A stretch of 64,000 bases of DNA from the NCBI GenBank assembly GCA_010093745.1, contig MU005958.1, positions 124,001-188,000 on the forward strand, given 5' to 3'. A model generated the notes under the pieces. The model ran no database searches and was not told where the DNA came from. It was given only the letters and a program-made list of their open reading frames with translations. Positions 1 to 12,163 of this stretch are shown piece after piece. The first letter of the stretch is position 1; each line of letters begins with the position of its first letter. A program made the translations under genes and the position numbers. This DNA is from Piedraia hortae CBS 480.64. Taxonomy: Eukaryota.

Positions 1-433
1 TTTTCGGCGCCCGAAGGCCGTACAACGACATCATCTCATTTCGCGTTTGGCCGGACCCTAGGGTGCGATCGAAGATGGAACCCAGCGTGGCTTCAATCTT
101 CTGCCTCACATCGGGATCATCCAGCCGCGGGTCGCGGCGGACAAAAAAGGTTGGCTCATTGATGTCAGGGTACGTTGCGCTGGGATGACGCGGGACGACG
201 CGATTGGTGACCGTTGACGGCGGCGATGTGACGCCGACAATGTCGCCCCAGATCAGTAGCCGCGCCTGTTGAAGGCCGAGTTTGACGAGCAGCAACCGCT
301 CCTCGTGGGCCGACGACCCCGTGTGCACCAGCCCAAAAGCCTCGACGCATTGCGAGAACATGGTGGCCAGGGCGAGGGCGCCAGCCAAAGGCGCCTCATG
401 AACTTCTACGTGCTGGCTGCCATCCTTATCCAT
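1..433 (-). CDS. HeLo (prion-inhibition and propagation) domain protein, 5' part; runs off the window edge
   Basis: Not in the ORF track because no stop falls in the window. Manual translation from ATG 433 is stop-free to position 1: MDKDGSQHVEVHEAPLAGALALATMFSQCVEAFGLVH...EERLLLVKLGLQQARLLIWGDIVG...RDPRLDDPDVRQKIEATL. This matches the HeLo pattern LA..F..CV..F...KL.....RLL.WG..VG. Confidence 0.75.
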   Translation of the reverse strand, partial: MDKDGSQHVEVHEAPLAGALALATMFSQCVEAFGLVHTGSSAHEERLLLVKLGLQQARLLIWGDIVGVTSPPSTVTNRVVPRHPSATYPDINEPTFFVRRDPRLDDPDVRQKIEATLGSIFDRTLGSGQTRNEMMSLYGLRAPK

Positions 434-501
434 GTTGCGATGAAGCAACCGTCAGCTGGGGTGAGGGGTAGCGCCACCTGCAGCAGCTATTGCTGACCGT
501 T

Positions 502-2092
502 CTATTCATACTCGGCCTTTTCAAACTTCTCGGCGTCGAAGAATGTGGCGCTGACTTCGTTGCCTGCAAACGTCATTCCGCCCGCCGCGCCCGTTGCGTC
601 CGTCACACAGCGAAGCGCCGACAGCGGAGAAGTAAACTTGACAAAAACGTCGTCGTTGCCGCCCTGTTCCCGCCGCCAAATGAAGACGCGCTCGACCTTG
701 CCGTACGACGACTCCATTTCCTGCCCAATCTCTCCAAAAAGGTCTTTGTCCTGAATCTCATGATCGAGGTCCATGTCATGGCACATGCCCTGGAGCTTGA
801 CCACTTCCGACAAGGTGCCGGGACCCGAGTCTTCTTGCGCGCCTTCTACTTTGCGCCGCTTCCCGCCTACGAGTCGGCCCATATTCTTGGGAGCCGCGTA
901 GCCGCCGCCTTCAGAGCCAGCCAACTTCTTGCGCTTTTCTGCTTTGGCCACTATCGCCGTCGTGATGCCCTCGCCTTGTGCACCCAAGCCTTGCCCCTTC
1001 TCCCACCCATACTTCTTCAGTAGCCGCTCTGCAAACCCTTTTTGGCCCGGGCGGTTGGACTGCGTCGGCTCTACGTTGGTCTCTGGTTGTGCAACGTCGT
1101 AGCAAACCGGTGCTCGCGAGACAGTTGCACTGGGCTGAGCTGGAGCCGGCGCCGCAGCAGACTGTGCAGCCATCTTCGCCTTGAAGGCGGCGACTTTGGC
1201 CAAGGCATCGGCCTTCTTGGTCGCCATGTCCACCGACTCTCCGTTCCCCCTCAGACTTGCTGACTTTGGTGTTTGTGTGACAGTTTCTGCCGGGGCAAAT
1301 GCTATAGGTGGTCTTGACACAGTCTCTACAGGTTTATGAGTTGGAGGCGGAGGCAAATCATCATCTGCGTCATCGACCGCTTGCTGCATCGGAGGGTCAT
1401 CAAAGTTGGGCGGTGCAAAGCTCATTCCGGGCGGTACTTGCACGTCTGAAACCATGTCAGCAACAATTCCACAATCATTATCAATGTACTCACGACTTGT
1501 TGCGGCCTTCTCCTTGGCCTTTACAACGGACTGGTGGTGGTACAACCGTGCCTTCCAGTCCTGAATCTCTCGAAACTGCTCCTCGCTGCCCTTGTACGTC
1601 GCAAAGACAGTTGGCCGTGAAGGATCGTAAATGTCGTCCCAGTCTTCCTCGACCCGTTCCTGCTGTGCCTTTTTCTTCTTCTTCCGCCCTCCTCGCACAT
1701 ACTTGGGCTTCTCGTATTGCACGGGCTCATCATCATCTCCGAGCCAATCTTCAATCTGGTTTTGTCCCTCCGCTGGCGGCGGTGCACCTGCCGAACCGGC
1801 AGCAGGCGATGCAGAGTTCAGATTCGCGTTGGGCGGTTGAGGAACTTTAGGCTTAGCAGACTTGGATTGCACCTGAGGCCGACGAATTGGTTGGAACTGG
1901 AGCGAGGCTTTGGTGCCGATTTACTAGTGAGCAAAAGCTGTCTTTCTTCCACACGGGAGTTCACGTTACGGTACCGTCTTTCTTCTTCTCCTCAGTCTTG
2001 GTCACGTCATATTTGACAGGAGCACTGGAAATGGTGTTGTTCTGGTCGCCAATGAGGTGCGCATACAGTGAGAGACCTTTCTTGGGCGGCAT
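502..2092 (-). CDS. SPF45/DRT111-like splicing factor (G-patch plus C-terminal RRM/UHM)
   Basis: DDIYDPSRPT SF45 motif, G-patch FAERLLKKYGWEKGQGLG and C-terminal UHM-like RRM. ATG at 2092 (MPPKKGLSLYA). Intron 1908-1974 (GTACCG...AAG) joins to ASLQFQPIRRPQ. A probable second intron spans 1446-1493 (GTGAGT...GCTGAC...CAG). Confidence 0.85.
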
Positions 2093-2203
2093 GTTGACGT
2101 GATGGTGCTGGTGATGGTCAGCAGAAGCCCGAAATTTGGATTACATAATTGCATGTGACATTCTATACTGTAATTTACGCGCAAATAAACTCCACGTCGT
2201 AGG

Positions 2204-3853
2204 TCAAGAGTGCGTCGGCATATTCACCTTTGCCTTTGTGCTGACGGCGTCCTCTGCCTTCCAATAGCTGGTGACGGTCTTGACCTGTGTGTAGAACTGC
2301 AAGCCCGGCCTGCCGTAGAACGTGTTTGCACCACCTCCAGCCACGCTTTTCTTGTTTCCCGTAAAGCTGAACATGGGCAAAGGGACAGGAATGGGGACGT
2401 TGATCCCGACCTGGCCTGCCTCAACCTCCTTCTGAAACCGTGAGGCTGTTGAGCCAGACGATGTGAATATAGCCACGCCGTTGCCGTATTCGTTCTCGTT
2501 GATGAGGTTTATGGCATCATCGAGCGTGGGTACGTTGAGGCACACGAGAACGGGACCGAATATCTCTTCACGGTAGCATCTCATATCCTTTGTAACATTG
2601 GCAATGATTGTAGGCCCAACCCAGTTTCCGCTAGGATACTTGGACGGCTTCTGATTCCGTCCATCGAGAACAATTGTGGCGCCCTCCTTCTCTGCCGAAG
2701 AGATCAAATCATTGATTCTCTCCTTGGATTGCGGTGAAATAACGGGTCCCAAGTCTGCTCCTTCTTCGAACCCGCCATTCATGCTAAGTTGTTTTGCTCG
2801 TTCGGCAATTTCAGCAGCCCACTCCTTGGTCTCTCCAACAAATACGAGTGTTGACAATGCCATGCACCTCTGGCCTGCTGCACCGAATGCTGCTCCCGCG
2901 ATGGCGTTGAGGGCATGGTTTTTGTTGCAATCTGGGAGCACAGCGGCATGATTCTTTGCCCCGAGGTTAGCCTGTACTCGTTTTCCCTGTGCCGAAGCGC
3001 GGGTGTAGATGTACTCTCCGGCTTTGTTGCTTCCAACAAAAGAAATGGCCTTGATTCTTGGCTCGTCAATGATGAAATCGACTGTTTTAGCAGCACCGTG
3101 TATCACATTAATCACACCTGGTGGGAATCCAGCCTGTGCCGCCAATTCTACCAAGATCATGGTTGCCCCGGGGTCTCTCTCGGACGGCTTGATAATGCAC
3201 GTGTTTCCGGTAATCGTGGCAATGGGAATTGTCCAGAGGGGAATCATAGCTGGAAAGTTGAACGGACAGATGGCAGCCACGATACCTAGCGGCTCCCGAT
3301 ACGATCGAGTCTCCATATCCTTTGCCACCTCCAATACCTCTCCCTGCATCTGTGTCGTGATCCCACAAGCTGTTTCCGCTACTTGCAGCCCTCGCAACAC
3401 ATCGCCTTTCGCATCTGCAAATGTCTTGCCCTGCTCCAGGGTAATGCTCGCTGCCAGGCGGTCCCAGTTCTCGCGGATCAGGGCCACGTATTTGAACATG
3501 GTCTGCTGGCGAGCCAGTAGACTCGTCGCCTTCCACGCAGGGAACGCCTTTTCAGCGCTGTCTACAGCTGCTTTCATCTCTTCATCAGTACTCTGCGGGA
3601 CCCGTGTTACCAGATTGTTGGTTGCAGGATCATGAAGACTGATCCATTCCGTTGCTTTTGATGGCTGGAATTTGTTATCTACAAATCCCATAGTATCCTT
3701 TGGGTTCTGGATCTTTTCATGGTTCGTTGGGTAGGTTGCCAAAGACCTTGAAATGTTGACATGGTTGAACTGCATGCTTGTGGCGCCAAGTCTCCGCCTC
3801 GCAGTGAGACCTCCCAATGCCCTCGCCCGTGCAGTCAATCCCCGAGCAGACAT
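2204..3853 (-). CDS. ALDH6A1: Methylmalonate-semialdehyde dehydrogenase (acylating), mitochondrial
   Basis: [49 protein letters not shown] and [12 protein letters not shown] motifs. The N-terminus is an Arg/Ala-rich presequence. Confidence 0.95.
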   Translation of the reverse strand: MSARGLTARARALGGLTARRRLGATSMQFNHVNISRSLATYPTNHEKIQNPKDTMGFVDNKFQPSKATEWISLHDPATNNLVTRVPQSTDEEMKAAVDSAEKAFPAWKATSLLARQQTMFKYVALIRENWDRLAASITLEQGKTFADAKGDVLRGLQVAETACGITTQMQGEVLEVAKDMETRSYREPLGIVAAICPFNFPAMIPLWTIPIATITGNTCIIKPSERDPGATMILVELAAQAGFPPGVINVIHGAAKTVDFIIDEPRIKAISFVGSNKAGEYIYTRASAQGKRVQANLGAKNHAAVLPDCNKNHALNAIAGAAFGAAGQRCMALSTLVFVGETKEWAAEIAERAKQLSMNGGFEEGADLGPVISPQSKERINDLISSAEKEGATIVLDGRNQKPSKYPSGNWVGPTIIANVTKDMRCYREEIFGPVLVCLNVPTLDDAINLINENEYGNGVAIFTSSGSTASRFQKEVEAGQVGINVPIPVPLPMFSFTGNKKSVAGGGANTFYGRPGLQFYTQVKTVTSYWKAEDAVSTKAKVNMPTHS

Positions 3854-4037
3854 GTTTGATCGAAGAGTTCAACGACAAAATTACAGCCCCCGATTCACCG
3901 GCGGCTGAAGGCGGGTTATATGAAAGCGGGGTGCAGACAGCGGCACCATACCTGAAGAGGAAGGCACTGGAGTAGAGCATCCACCATACCCAATTGACAA
4001 TTCCTTCCTAATAGCACTCTTGAATGAAACTGTCTAA

Positions 4038-4541
4038 TCACATCTCCTTCCGAATCGCACTCTTAAACGGAATAATCTCCACCTAATCCTCATCAGCACC
4101 CACCATGCCCAAACCCACTCAATACGAACCTTACTCTCATCCCAAACACCGCTCTTCGAGTAAACATCTTTCTGAACCCACTTCAGAGCCTCCTCTTTCG
4201 TATCCGCTTTAACTAACATAACCGACCCTTTAATCTTCATATCCTCTTCTTCTTTCACGGGCTCCTCGAGCATTGCTCCTCCAAACACGAGGACGCCATT
4301 TTCAACATCTGATTTGATGTTTTTGAGATGATCACTGTAAAGGCGGTCAATATAGGAATGTTTGTTTTGTTGATGGGGATTTCTACGGTCGAACCCTCAT
4401 CCGTTCAGAAAGTATGCCGGGCTTGTCAGGTAGGAGGATCAGCCACTCTTGTTTGCTGCTGGCACTTCCGGACATGGTTCGTCGGATGGTGGTTGAGGAA
4501 ATTGTTCGGCGGAGGAGTGTGCTGGTTACTGTGCTGGCCAT
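4038..4541 (-). CDS. YCII-related domain protein
   Basis: Spliced product ...EWLILLPDKPGILSERMRVRPDHLKNI...FGGAMLEEP...IKGSVMLVKADTKEEA...KDVYSKSGVWD...VEIIPFKSAIRKEM*. Introns at 4335-4386 and 4083-4129. Confidence 0.85.
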
Positions 4542-5426
4542 TTATCATAGAACTTTGTTCTGGAAGAGGTGTGGATGCGGGGGTTGTGCGGGGTAGTGAT
4601 TGCCCATGCAGTGAGAAAGGTAAGTGGGGGATGTGATTACGGCGTGATTGCTGAGACTTGATGTTCGTCTGGGTGAATTGTCTTCGCTACGGATGGACAT
4701 GGATGCTACAAGGTGACCATATGTGCTGCACCGAATTGGGAAACCTAAGAAGGCGAATCATATACAAGGCAGATTCTCAAAATGAAAGTGAAGCAACATG
4801 ATGAGGTTATTAAACCGATACACATCGCTGCTTTGTGAGTGAATGCCACATGATGTTGAGCTTGCTTCTTGAAACGAGAACTTCACACTCAGCGTGATGC
4901 TGTTGTGGAGATTTGTTCCGCTGGTTTGCAGTGGGAGTGTGGATAGGAGAGATTAGACTATTAGGCGACTGTTCATTGGATTTAATGAAATCTACAGCTT
5001 AAGGAACCAAAGGATAGGCGCACCCGTGGAAACAAAGTGTGCTTTGACCAGACGGTATATCTGACGTCATGCATGCATAAATGATGGCGCGATCGGATAA
5101 GCTCAACCACTTCATGGGAACGATGACAGCCGGACTTCCGTGCCCTTCCCCTTTGAGTCATGTCGTAGCACGTTGCTTCTGGCACGTACATAGAATCTTC
5201 AGTCGACAATGTGGCCTCTGGTTGTTGATATTAAAGATGCACAAATAAGCTTTAAAAAGGTGAAATTGCGCTAGGATATGAGATTGCCGATCAGGAAAAG
5301 TATCGCACAACGTCCTCAGTGATGGCAGCCATGCTCCAGCACAAAAGCAATGCGCAGCGGGACATAGTCCTTCGAATCGAATCCATCTCGGCAAGAACAA
5401 CCTATTTCCACATTGGGTCTAGGTCT

Positions 5427-5502
5427 CGGGACAGGAAAGATCCGTGATCCGAAAGATGCATCTTCCTATCGACCATTTTGTCACCGGAACGTCATTGTGC
5501 CG
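5427..5502 (+). promoter_or_regulatory. Two CGG-N12-CCG Zn2Cys6-type sites (AtrR response element-like)
   Basis: CGG-gacaggaaagat-CCG at 5427-5444 and CGG-aacgtcattgtg-CCG at 5485-5502, directly upstream of the PDR transporter ATG. Confidence 0.55.
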
Positions 5503-5562
5503 AACACGGCTGATACTTAGGCCAGCCCTGGGACACAGACAGCAGATCTCTCAACTTCCATA

Positions 5563-8500
5563 ATGTCGCTCGTGGGGCAGTTTGCCTTTGGCAACTACGA
5601 TCGGACCGCTCAGACGGCCGGATCGGGCAGCGCATCCCAACCGCAAGCCGAGCATGCGATGAGCGAGCAGCCGTTTGAACGCGGACAGTCACTGGTTCGG
5701 TCGCTGAGTCGCACTATGAGCCGGAGACAGTCCATCACCTCTCCCAGAACGCGCTCCGGAAGCTCAAGGTACGCATATGCTGACGATGGCTTCGGGTCCG
5801 AATACGAAATGCACGATATGGCTGGGACAAAGTACGATTCAGACGAAGAAAAGGATAAAAGGGATCGCGAGGTTGCACAGCTAGCCCGGACGGCTACACG
5901 ACAGTCAACGTGGTCCAACGTTCCCAACAATCCATTCCACGCAGCACAAGATTCCACTTTGGATCCAAATTCACCGAATTTCAAGGCCAGAGACTGGATC
6001 AAATCCCTCGTTAAGCTCAATGAAGCTGAAAACTCTCGCACTCGGACCGCTGGCGTTTCGTTTAAGAACCTTAACGTCCACGGTTTCGGTGCGGCCACTG
6101 ACTACCAAAAAGATGTCGGCAATATCTGGCTTGAAGCGGTCGGGCTGGTCAAGAAAACTCTGGGAATGTCGCATCCCAGACGAATCGACATTCTGCGGGA
6201 TTTTGAGGGACTTGTCCGTAGTGGTGAGATGCTTGTCGTTCTCGGCCCACCCGGCTCTGGCTGTTCAACCTTGCTGAAGACTTTGAGTGGCGAGACTCAT
6301 GGGTTCATTGTTGACGAGGATTCCCACCTCAATTACCAGGGAATCACAGCAAACGAAATGAACAAGTACTTCCGGGGAGAGGCCATCTACACTGCTGAAG
6401 TCGACGTTCACTTCCCTATGCTCTCCGTGGGCGACACTCTTTACTTTGCTGCTCGCGCCCGCGCTCCTGCCAACATACCGGGAGAAGTCAACAAGAAGCA
6501 GTATGCTAGCCACATGCGGGATGTGATCATGGCTACTTTCGGCATCAGCCACACTGTCAATACGCGTGTCGGCAATGACTTCATTCGTGGAGTCAGCGGC
6601 GGCGAGAGGAAGCGAGTCACCATTGCCGAAGCGGCTCTGAGCGGCGCTCCGTTACAGTGTTGGGACAATTCCACCCGTGGTCTCGACAGTGCCAACGCTA
6701 TTGAATTCTGCAAGACGCTCCGCACCGGCACTGATCTCCTCGGCATCACACCGCTGGTGGCCATCTACCAAAGTCCACAGGCGGCATATGACCTGTTCGA
6801 CAAGGCCATTGTGCTCTACGAAGGACGCCAAATATTCTTTGGCAAGACCACAGAGGCAAAGGCTTACTTTGAGCGAATGGGATTCCACTGCCCTGACCGC
6901 CAAACCGATGCCGATTTCCTGACCTCGATGACTTCTCCGCAGGAACGAGTCATCAAAGAAGGTTTCGAGAACCAGGTTCCCCGTACACCCGACGAGTTTG
7001 CTGCAGCTTGGAAGGCCAGTCCCGAGCGTGCACGCTTGTTGAAGGAAATTGACGAATACGACCGGGAGAATCCGTTTGGAGGCGAGGCCTACGCCAGGTT
7101 CGTCGAGAGTCGCAAACAGCAGCAAGCCAAACGTCAGCGTATCAAGTCTCCATATACCCTCAGCTATGGGCAGCAGGTGCGCCTCTGTCTTTGGAGAGGC
7201 TTCAGACGTCTGGCTGGTGATCCTAGCCTCATGTTCACGCAGCTCTTTGGCAACTTCGTCATGGCTCTGGTCATTGGTTCAGTCTTTTACAACATGAAGT
7301 CCAACACCGACTCCTTTTTCCAGCGAGGAGCGGTGCTCTTCTTTGCCGTCCTGATGAATGCCTTTGGCTCTGCTCTCGAGATCCTCACTCTTTATGCCCA
7401 GCGACCGATTGTGGAAAAGCACTCTCGCTATGCTCTATATTACCCGTCTGCCGAGGCGTTTGCGTCCATGTTGACAGACATGCCATACAAGATCATGAAT
7501 GCCATCGTTTTCAATCTTGCCCTCTACTTCATGGTCAATCTGCGGCGAGAACCTGGCGCCTTCTTTTTCTTCCTGCTTGTCAGCTTTCTCACTACCCTGG
7601 CCATGAGTATGCTGTTCAGAACCATTGCCTCGGTCTCACGAACACTCTCCCAAGCCATGACTCCAGCTGCAATCGTCATCTTGGCCATTGTCATCTTCAC
7701 CGGCTTCACCATTCCAGTCCGGTACATGCTGGGCTGGTGCCGCTGGATCAACTACATTGACGTTGTCTCGTATGCTTTTGAGAGTTTGATCGTGAACGAG
7801 TTCCACGGTCGCGAGTTCTCCTGCTCCTCGTTTGTGCCCGTGTACGGAAACTTGGCAGCCCAGCAGCAGGTTTGCTCGGCAGTTGGCTCCGTCCCGGGAA
7901 AGCGGACAGTCAGCGGTGATGCCTACATCAACTCGGCCTTTAGCTACTATCACAGCCACAAGTGGAGAAATGTCGGCATCGTTATTGCCTTTCTCATTTT
8001 CTTCATGTGCATCTACCTGGCGGCCACTGAGCTCATCAGCGCCAAGAAGAGCAAAGGTGAAGTTTTGGTTTTCCGCAAGGGCTATGCCCCGGCTGCTGCC
8101 AAGAGTCAGCCCACGGACGTGGAAACTGGCCCTCGAGACACAGGCGGGGCTCCTCTCGGCAGACAGCAGAGTTATGTGGAGGCTTCTGATGTGATTCTCA
8201 GGCAAACGGCTGTCTTCAGCTGGAGAGACGTTTGCTACGATATCAAGATCAAGGGCGAGCCTCGTCGTATCCTCGATCATGTTGATGGCTGGGTCAAGCC
8301 TGGCACTTTAACGGCCCTAATGGGTGTGTCTGGCGCTGGGAAGACGACGTTGCTCGACACTCTTGCCACCCGCGTCACCATGGGCGTCATTACCGGCGAA
8401 ATGCTGGTCGACGGACAGCAGCGAGACTCTTCATTCCAGCGCAAGACGGGCTACGTCCAGCAGCAGGATCTCCACTTGCAGACATCCACTGTCAGGGAAG

Positions 8501-10158
8501 CCCTCAACTTCAGTGCCTTGCTTCGTCAGCCGGCATCGACTCCCGAAAAGGAGAAACTTGCCTACGTGGACGAGGTGATCAAGCTTCTGGATATGCAAGA
8601 GTATGCTGAGGCTGTTGTCGGTGTCCCAGGCGAGGGTCTCAACGTTGAGCAACGCAAGCGTCTCACCATTGGTGTTGAGTTGGCTGCTAAACCTGAACTA
8701 CTGCTGTTCTTAGACGAGCCCACGTCTGGTCTCGACTCGCAAACGTCGTGGGCTATTTGCGATTTGATGGAAAAGCTCAAGAAATCGGGACAGGCTATTC
8801 TGTGCACAATCCACCAGCCTTCTGCCATGCTGTTCCAACGCTTTGATCGCCTTCTCTTCTTGGCAAAGGGTGGCAAGACGGTGTACTTTGGAGAGATTGG
8901 GCCCAACTCGGAGACACTGACGCGGTACTTTGAGCGTAATGGTGCCCATGCCTGTCCGCCTGATGCCAACCCGGCCGAGTGGATGTTGGAAGTCATCGGT
9001 GCAGCGCCTGGGTCGGCGACTGAGATTGATTGGCACGATACATGGCGGAACAGCCCAGAGTGTGCAGAGGTGCATCGACATCTTGACTACCTCAAGAGGA
9101 CGCGGCCACAGGAGGCGCCTCAGCGACAGACAAATGACAAGGAAAGCTACCGTGAGTTCGCTGCACCTTTGCCCAAGCAAATGTGGGTTGTCACCCATCG
9201 TGTCTTCCAACAGTACTGGCGAACACCGTCATATATTTATTCCAAGCTCAGTCTGTGTCTACTGTCTGCTCTCTTCATCGGCTTCATCTTCTACAATGCA
9301 CCGTTGACGCACCAAGGGCTGCAGAACCAAATGTTCTCCATCTTCATGCTGTTCACCATCTTCGGTCAGCTGGTCCAGCAAATCATGCCTCACTTCGTCA
9401 CGCAGCGGTCTCTATATGAAGCGCGTGAGCGACCAAGCAAGACGTACAGCTGGAAAGCATTCATGTTCGCCAACATCCTCGTCGAACTGCCGTGGAACAC
9501 GTTGGGAGCGATCCTCATGTTCTTCTGCTTCTACTACCCCATCGGTCTCTATAAAAACGCCGTGCCCACCCACTCGGTCCATCTACGAGGCTTTCAATTC
9601 TTCCTCTTCGTCTGGATCTTCCTCATGTTCACCTCAACCTTTACCGACATGATGATTGCTGGTATCCCCGACGCCGAAACGGGAGGCAACCTTGCCAACC
9701 TCCTCTTCTCCCTGACCCTCATCTTCTGCGGCATTCTCCAAACCCGAACCGCACTCCCCGGATTTTGGATCTTCATGAACTACGTTTCACCATTCACCTA
9801 CCTCGTCGAAGGCCTCCTAAGCACCGGCATCGCACACCAAAAAGTCCACTGCGCGGATAACGAACTGCTCCACTTCCAGCCCCCATCGGGGATGACCTGT
9901 GCAGAGTACATGAAACCGTACATGAGCAAAGCGGGAGGCTACCTGCAGAACGAAAGCGCAAAGCGGGATTGTTCGTACTGCACATACGGCGATACGGATA
10001 CGTTTTTGAAGGCCGTAAACCTGGATTATGCGCACAGTTGGCGCGATTTTGGCATTCTGTGGGCGTATGTCATTTTTAATATTCTCGCGGCGATTGGTAT
10101 CTATTGGCTCGCTCGCGTGCCGAAGAAGAAGAAGGAGGAGGATGAGAAGAAGGAGTAA
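5563..10158 (+). CDS. Full-size PDR/ABCG multidrug transporter (CDR4/Cdr1B-like), intronless
   Basis: NBD-TMD-NBD-TMD layout with [53 protein letters not shown] and [10 protein letters not shown]. Confidence 0.97.
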   Translation: MSLVGQFAFGNYDRTAQTAGSGSASQPQAEHAMSEQPFERGQSLVRSLSRTMSRRQSITSPRTRSGSSRYAYADDGFGSEYEMHDMAGTKYDSDEEKDKRDREVAQLARTATRQSTWSNVPNNPFHAAQDSTLDPNSPNFKARDWIKSLVKLNEAENSRTRTAGVSFKNLNVHGFGAATDYQKDVGNIWLEAVGLVKKTLGMSHPRRIDILRDFEGLVRSGEMLVVLGPPGSGCSTLLKTLSGETHGFIVDEDSHLNYQGITANEMNKYFRGEAIYTAEVDVHFPMLSVGDTLYFAARARAPANIPGEVNKKQYASHMRDVIMATFGISHTVNTRVGNDFIRGVSGGERKRVTIAEAALSGAPLQCWDNSTRGLDSANAIEFCKTLRTGTDLLGITPLVAIYQSPQAAYDLFDKAIVLYEGRQIFFGKTTEAKAYFERMGFHCPDRQTDADFLTSMTSPQERVIKEGFENQVPRTPDEFAAAWKASPERARLLKEIDEYDRENPFGGEAYARFVESRKQQQAKRQRIKSPYTLSYGQQVRLCLWRGFRRLAGDPSLMFTQLFGNFVMALVIGSVFYNMKSNTDSFFQRGAVLFFAVLMNAFGSALEILTLYAQRPIVEKHSRYALYYPSAEAFASMLTDMPYKIMNAIVFNLALYFMVNLRREPGAFFFFLLVSFLTTLAMSMLFRTIASVSRTLSQAMTPAAIVILAIVIFTGFTIPVRYMLGWCRWINYIDVVSYAFESLIVNEFHGREFSCSSFVPVYGNLAAQQQVCSAVGSVPGKRTVSGDAYINSAFSYYHSHKWRNVGIVIAFLIFFMCIYLAATELISAKKSKGEVLVFRKGYAPAAAKSQPTDVETGPRDTGGAPLGRQQSYVEASDVILRQTAVFSWRDVCYDIKIKGEPRRILDHVDGWVKPGTLTALMGVSGAGKTTLLDTLATRVTMGVITGEMLVDGQQRDSSFQRKTGYVQQQDLHLQTSTVREALNFSALLRQPASTPEKEKLAYVDEVIKLLDMQEYAEAVVGVPGEGLNVEQRKRLTIGVELAAKPELLLFLDEPTSGLDSQTSWAICDLMEKLKKSGQAILCTIHQPSAMLFQRFDRLLFLAKGGKTVYFGEIGPNSETLTRYFERNGAHACPPDANPAEWMLEVIGAAPGSATEIDWHDTWRNSPECAEVHRHLDYLKRTRPQEAPQRQTNDKESYREFAAPLPKQMWVVTHRVFQQYWRTPSYIYSKLSLCLLSALFIGFIFYNAPLTHQGLQNQMFSIFMLFTIFGQLVQQIMPHFVTQRSLYEARERPSKTYSWKAFMFANILVELPWNTLGAILMFFCFYYPIGLYKNAVPTHSVHLRGFQFFLFVWIFLMFTSTFTDMMIAGIPDAETGGNLANLLFSLTLIFCGILQTRTALPGFWIFMNYVSPFTYLVEGLLSTGIAHQKVHCADNELLHFQPPSGMTCAEYMKPYMSKAGGYLQNESAKRDCSYCTYGDTDTFLKAVNLDYAHSWRDFGILWAYVIFNILAAIGIYWLARVPKKKKEEDEKKE

Positions 10159-10379
10159 AAGCTGTTGTTACATAGGTGTTTTGGTGTTTTGTTCTCTGTA
10201 GTGATTTAAAGTCTGTCCACTGTGTTTGCTTGCAAAAGCGAAAACTGTGTGACGTCGCGGGTTGGTCCCTGCATAACCCCACACGCCAACGGCTTACCCG
10301 CCCGTCAACCCAACCATCCCAAACAAACTCAACCGTCCAACATCAGCGTAAAACCCCCATCATAAACCCCGCTCTAAAA

Positions 10380-11252
10380 ATGGACACAGACCTCGACATG
10401 TCCGTCCCCCCACCCTCCCCCCCGCGAAGCATCCCTCCAGCTCCGCGAAGCATCTCCCCTCCCCCAGAGAACCATCCATGCAGAAAAAAACTCCTAATCC
10501 GCGGCGTGGAGACGTTCATCCCGTCGGACGCGGAGGCGTATGCAAACCAACACCTCCCTCGTGGACGCGTGGAGTGGGTCTCCGACGAGAGCTTTAATCT
10601 CGTGTTTGGGAGTGAGAGTGACGCTGTAGTGGCGTTGAGGGGGATTGAGGAACTCAGCCATGGGGAGGGGGGTGAGGGGGGTGACTGGGACGAGAGGCCC
10701 GCAAAGCCGTGTAATGGAAAAGAGGGGGTTGAGTTGTGGGTTCGGAGGGCGAGGGAGAGTGATGTCAAGGTTAGGGATGCGAGGGTTCGCTCGAGGTTTT
10801 ATTTAATGAATCCGGGGTTTGATCCTGAGGTTGTGGGCTTTAGAAGGGGATATAGAAGGGGAGATGGAAGGGTGGTTAAGAAAAGGAGAAGCGCTTCGCC
10901 GGAGAGGAAGGAGTTGTTTCCGGATAGGAAGGGTGATAGGGGGGCGTTAAGGGAGAGGGATACAACGCCAAGAGAGCTTTTTCCGGAGAAGAGGAGAGGG
11001 GGTTTGTCGATAGAGAAGTTGAGTGGTGTTGGATACGAGGAGAGGAGGCCACCACGGGAACTCTTTCCTCAGCGACAAGAGCAGCGAGAGTTTAGTTTCA
11101 AGGGCGCTGCTGCAAAGGATGATGACTTTAGTTTTCTCGGAGCGAGTCGCGGTCGGAATCTGGCTAGGGATTTGTTTCCGTCAAAGGTCGCGGGACAGCA
11201 GCAGGGGTTTGGGCTTGGAGATGGGAGGACGAGGGCAGAGGATTTGTTATAG
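10380..11252 (+). CDS. NCBP3/DUF2414-like RNA-binding protein
   Basis: KLLIRGV...RVEWVSDESFNLVF...VRRARESDVK..DARVRSRFYLMNP motif and repeated ELFP motifs. First ATG at 10380. Confidence 0.7.
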   Translation: MDTDLDMSVPPPSPPRSIPPAPRSISPPPENHPCRKKLLIRGVETFIPSDAEAYANQHLPRGRVEWVSDESFNLVFGSESDAVVALRGIEELSHGEGGEGGDWDERPAKPCNGKEGVELWVRRARESDVKVRDARVRSRFYLMNPGFDPEVVGFRRGYRRGDGRVVKKRRSASPERKELFPDRKGDRGALRERDTTPRELFPEKRRGGLSIEKLSGVGYEERRPPRELFPQRQEQREFSFKGAAAKDDDFSFLGASRGRNLARDLFPSKVAGQQQGFGLGDGRTRAEDLL

Positions 11253-11302
11253 GACTGTTCTTTCTGTAAGATACATCGTGATACACTTCCCCGCTTGTTC
11301 AT

Positions 11303-11604
11303 TTAAAGAGGCTGCGGCTCATCATTCAGTTTCGCCGAATTGACCTTCTTCCCCGTCTTCTTAATCTGCTCAAGCACATATCGGAAATCGACCTCTCCTT
11401 CCCGCGCGAGAACGGTAACGGTGTTGGTGTCCACGTCGGCGGTTACCTTGTCGATGCCTTTACACAGAACCGTTAGGTGGATGGGGATGACAAAGATGGC
11501 TCAAGCATACCGACGATTTTGTTGACGTTACGCTCAACAGCATTTTTGCACCCGTCGCACGTCATTTCGACGTCAAAAGTATACGTATTTGTGTTTTTCC
11601 CCAT
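11303..11604 (-). CDS. ATX1: Copper chaperone (HMA domain)
   Basis: Missed by the ORF track. Spliced (intron 11458-11510, GTATGC...CTAAC...AAG) it gives MGKNTNTYTFDVEMTCDGCKNAVER...VLEQIKKTGKKVNSAKLNDEPQPL*, with the MxCxxC and KTGK motifs. Confidence 0.9.
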
Positions 11605-12163
11605 ATTTTTCGATTTACTTCTGTGGCAACTTTAGCTGGTGACAGGTTGGGTGACAGGAAGTTGTGAGGAGAGAAAAGGAGGGGGTATTCCTGAAGAAAC
11701 ACCCCGCACTCGGTACAGCATGACGCGTTTCAGCCCTATCTAAATTTATCGGAGGTCTAGACCACGGTGTTACGGCTTTTTGGGCGGGTTATTTTCGTTG
11801 ACGTTTGACGTCTTCTGAGCGGATGGATGGGTTTGGGTGATCATGCAGGATTGATAGGTGCGGTGAAAATATGCCTTGCGAGATGGATCCATACGTGGAT
11901 CATCGATGCGGCATTCAGGTGCACGCAGTCACTTGCAGGACTGCGTGTCTTGATGCAGATGGCCGGGAACACTCGCATTTCTTTCTTGCATTGATGACGT
12001 TATACATGCGGATTCATGGGCCTTATTGCAACTGAAAACCTTGAAGGCCCACTCAGAGCTCTTGGCAGAGTCGATGAGGGCATCTGCGCATTACAGAAAG
12101 CAGCTCATCGTGCCATTCGTTACATACTCTGGTCATGTGCTATGTATTCATACAACCATCACG

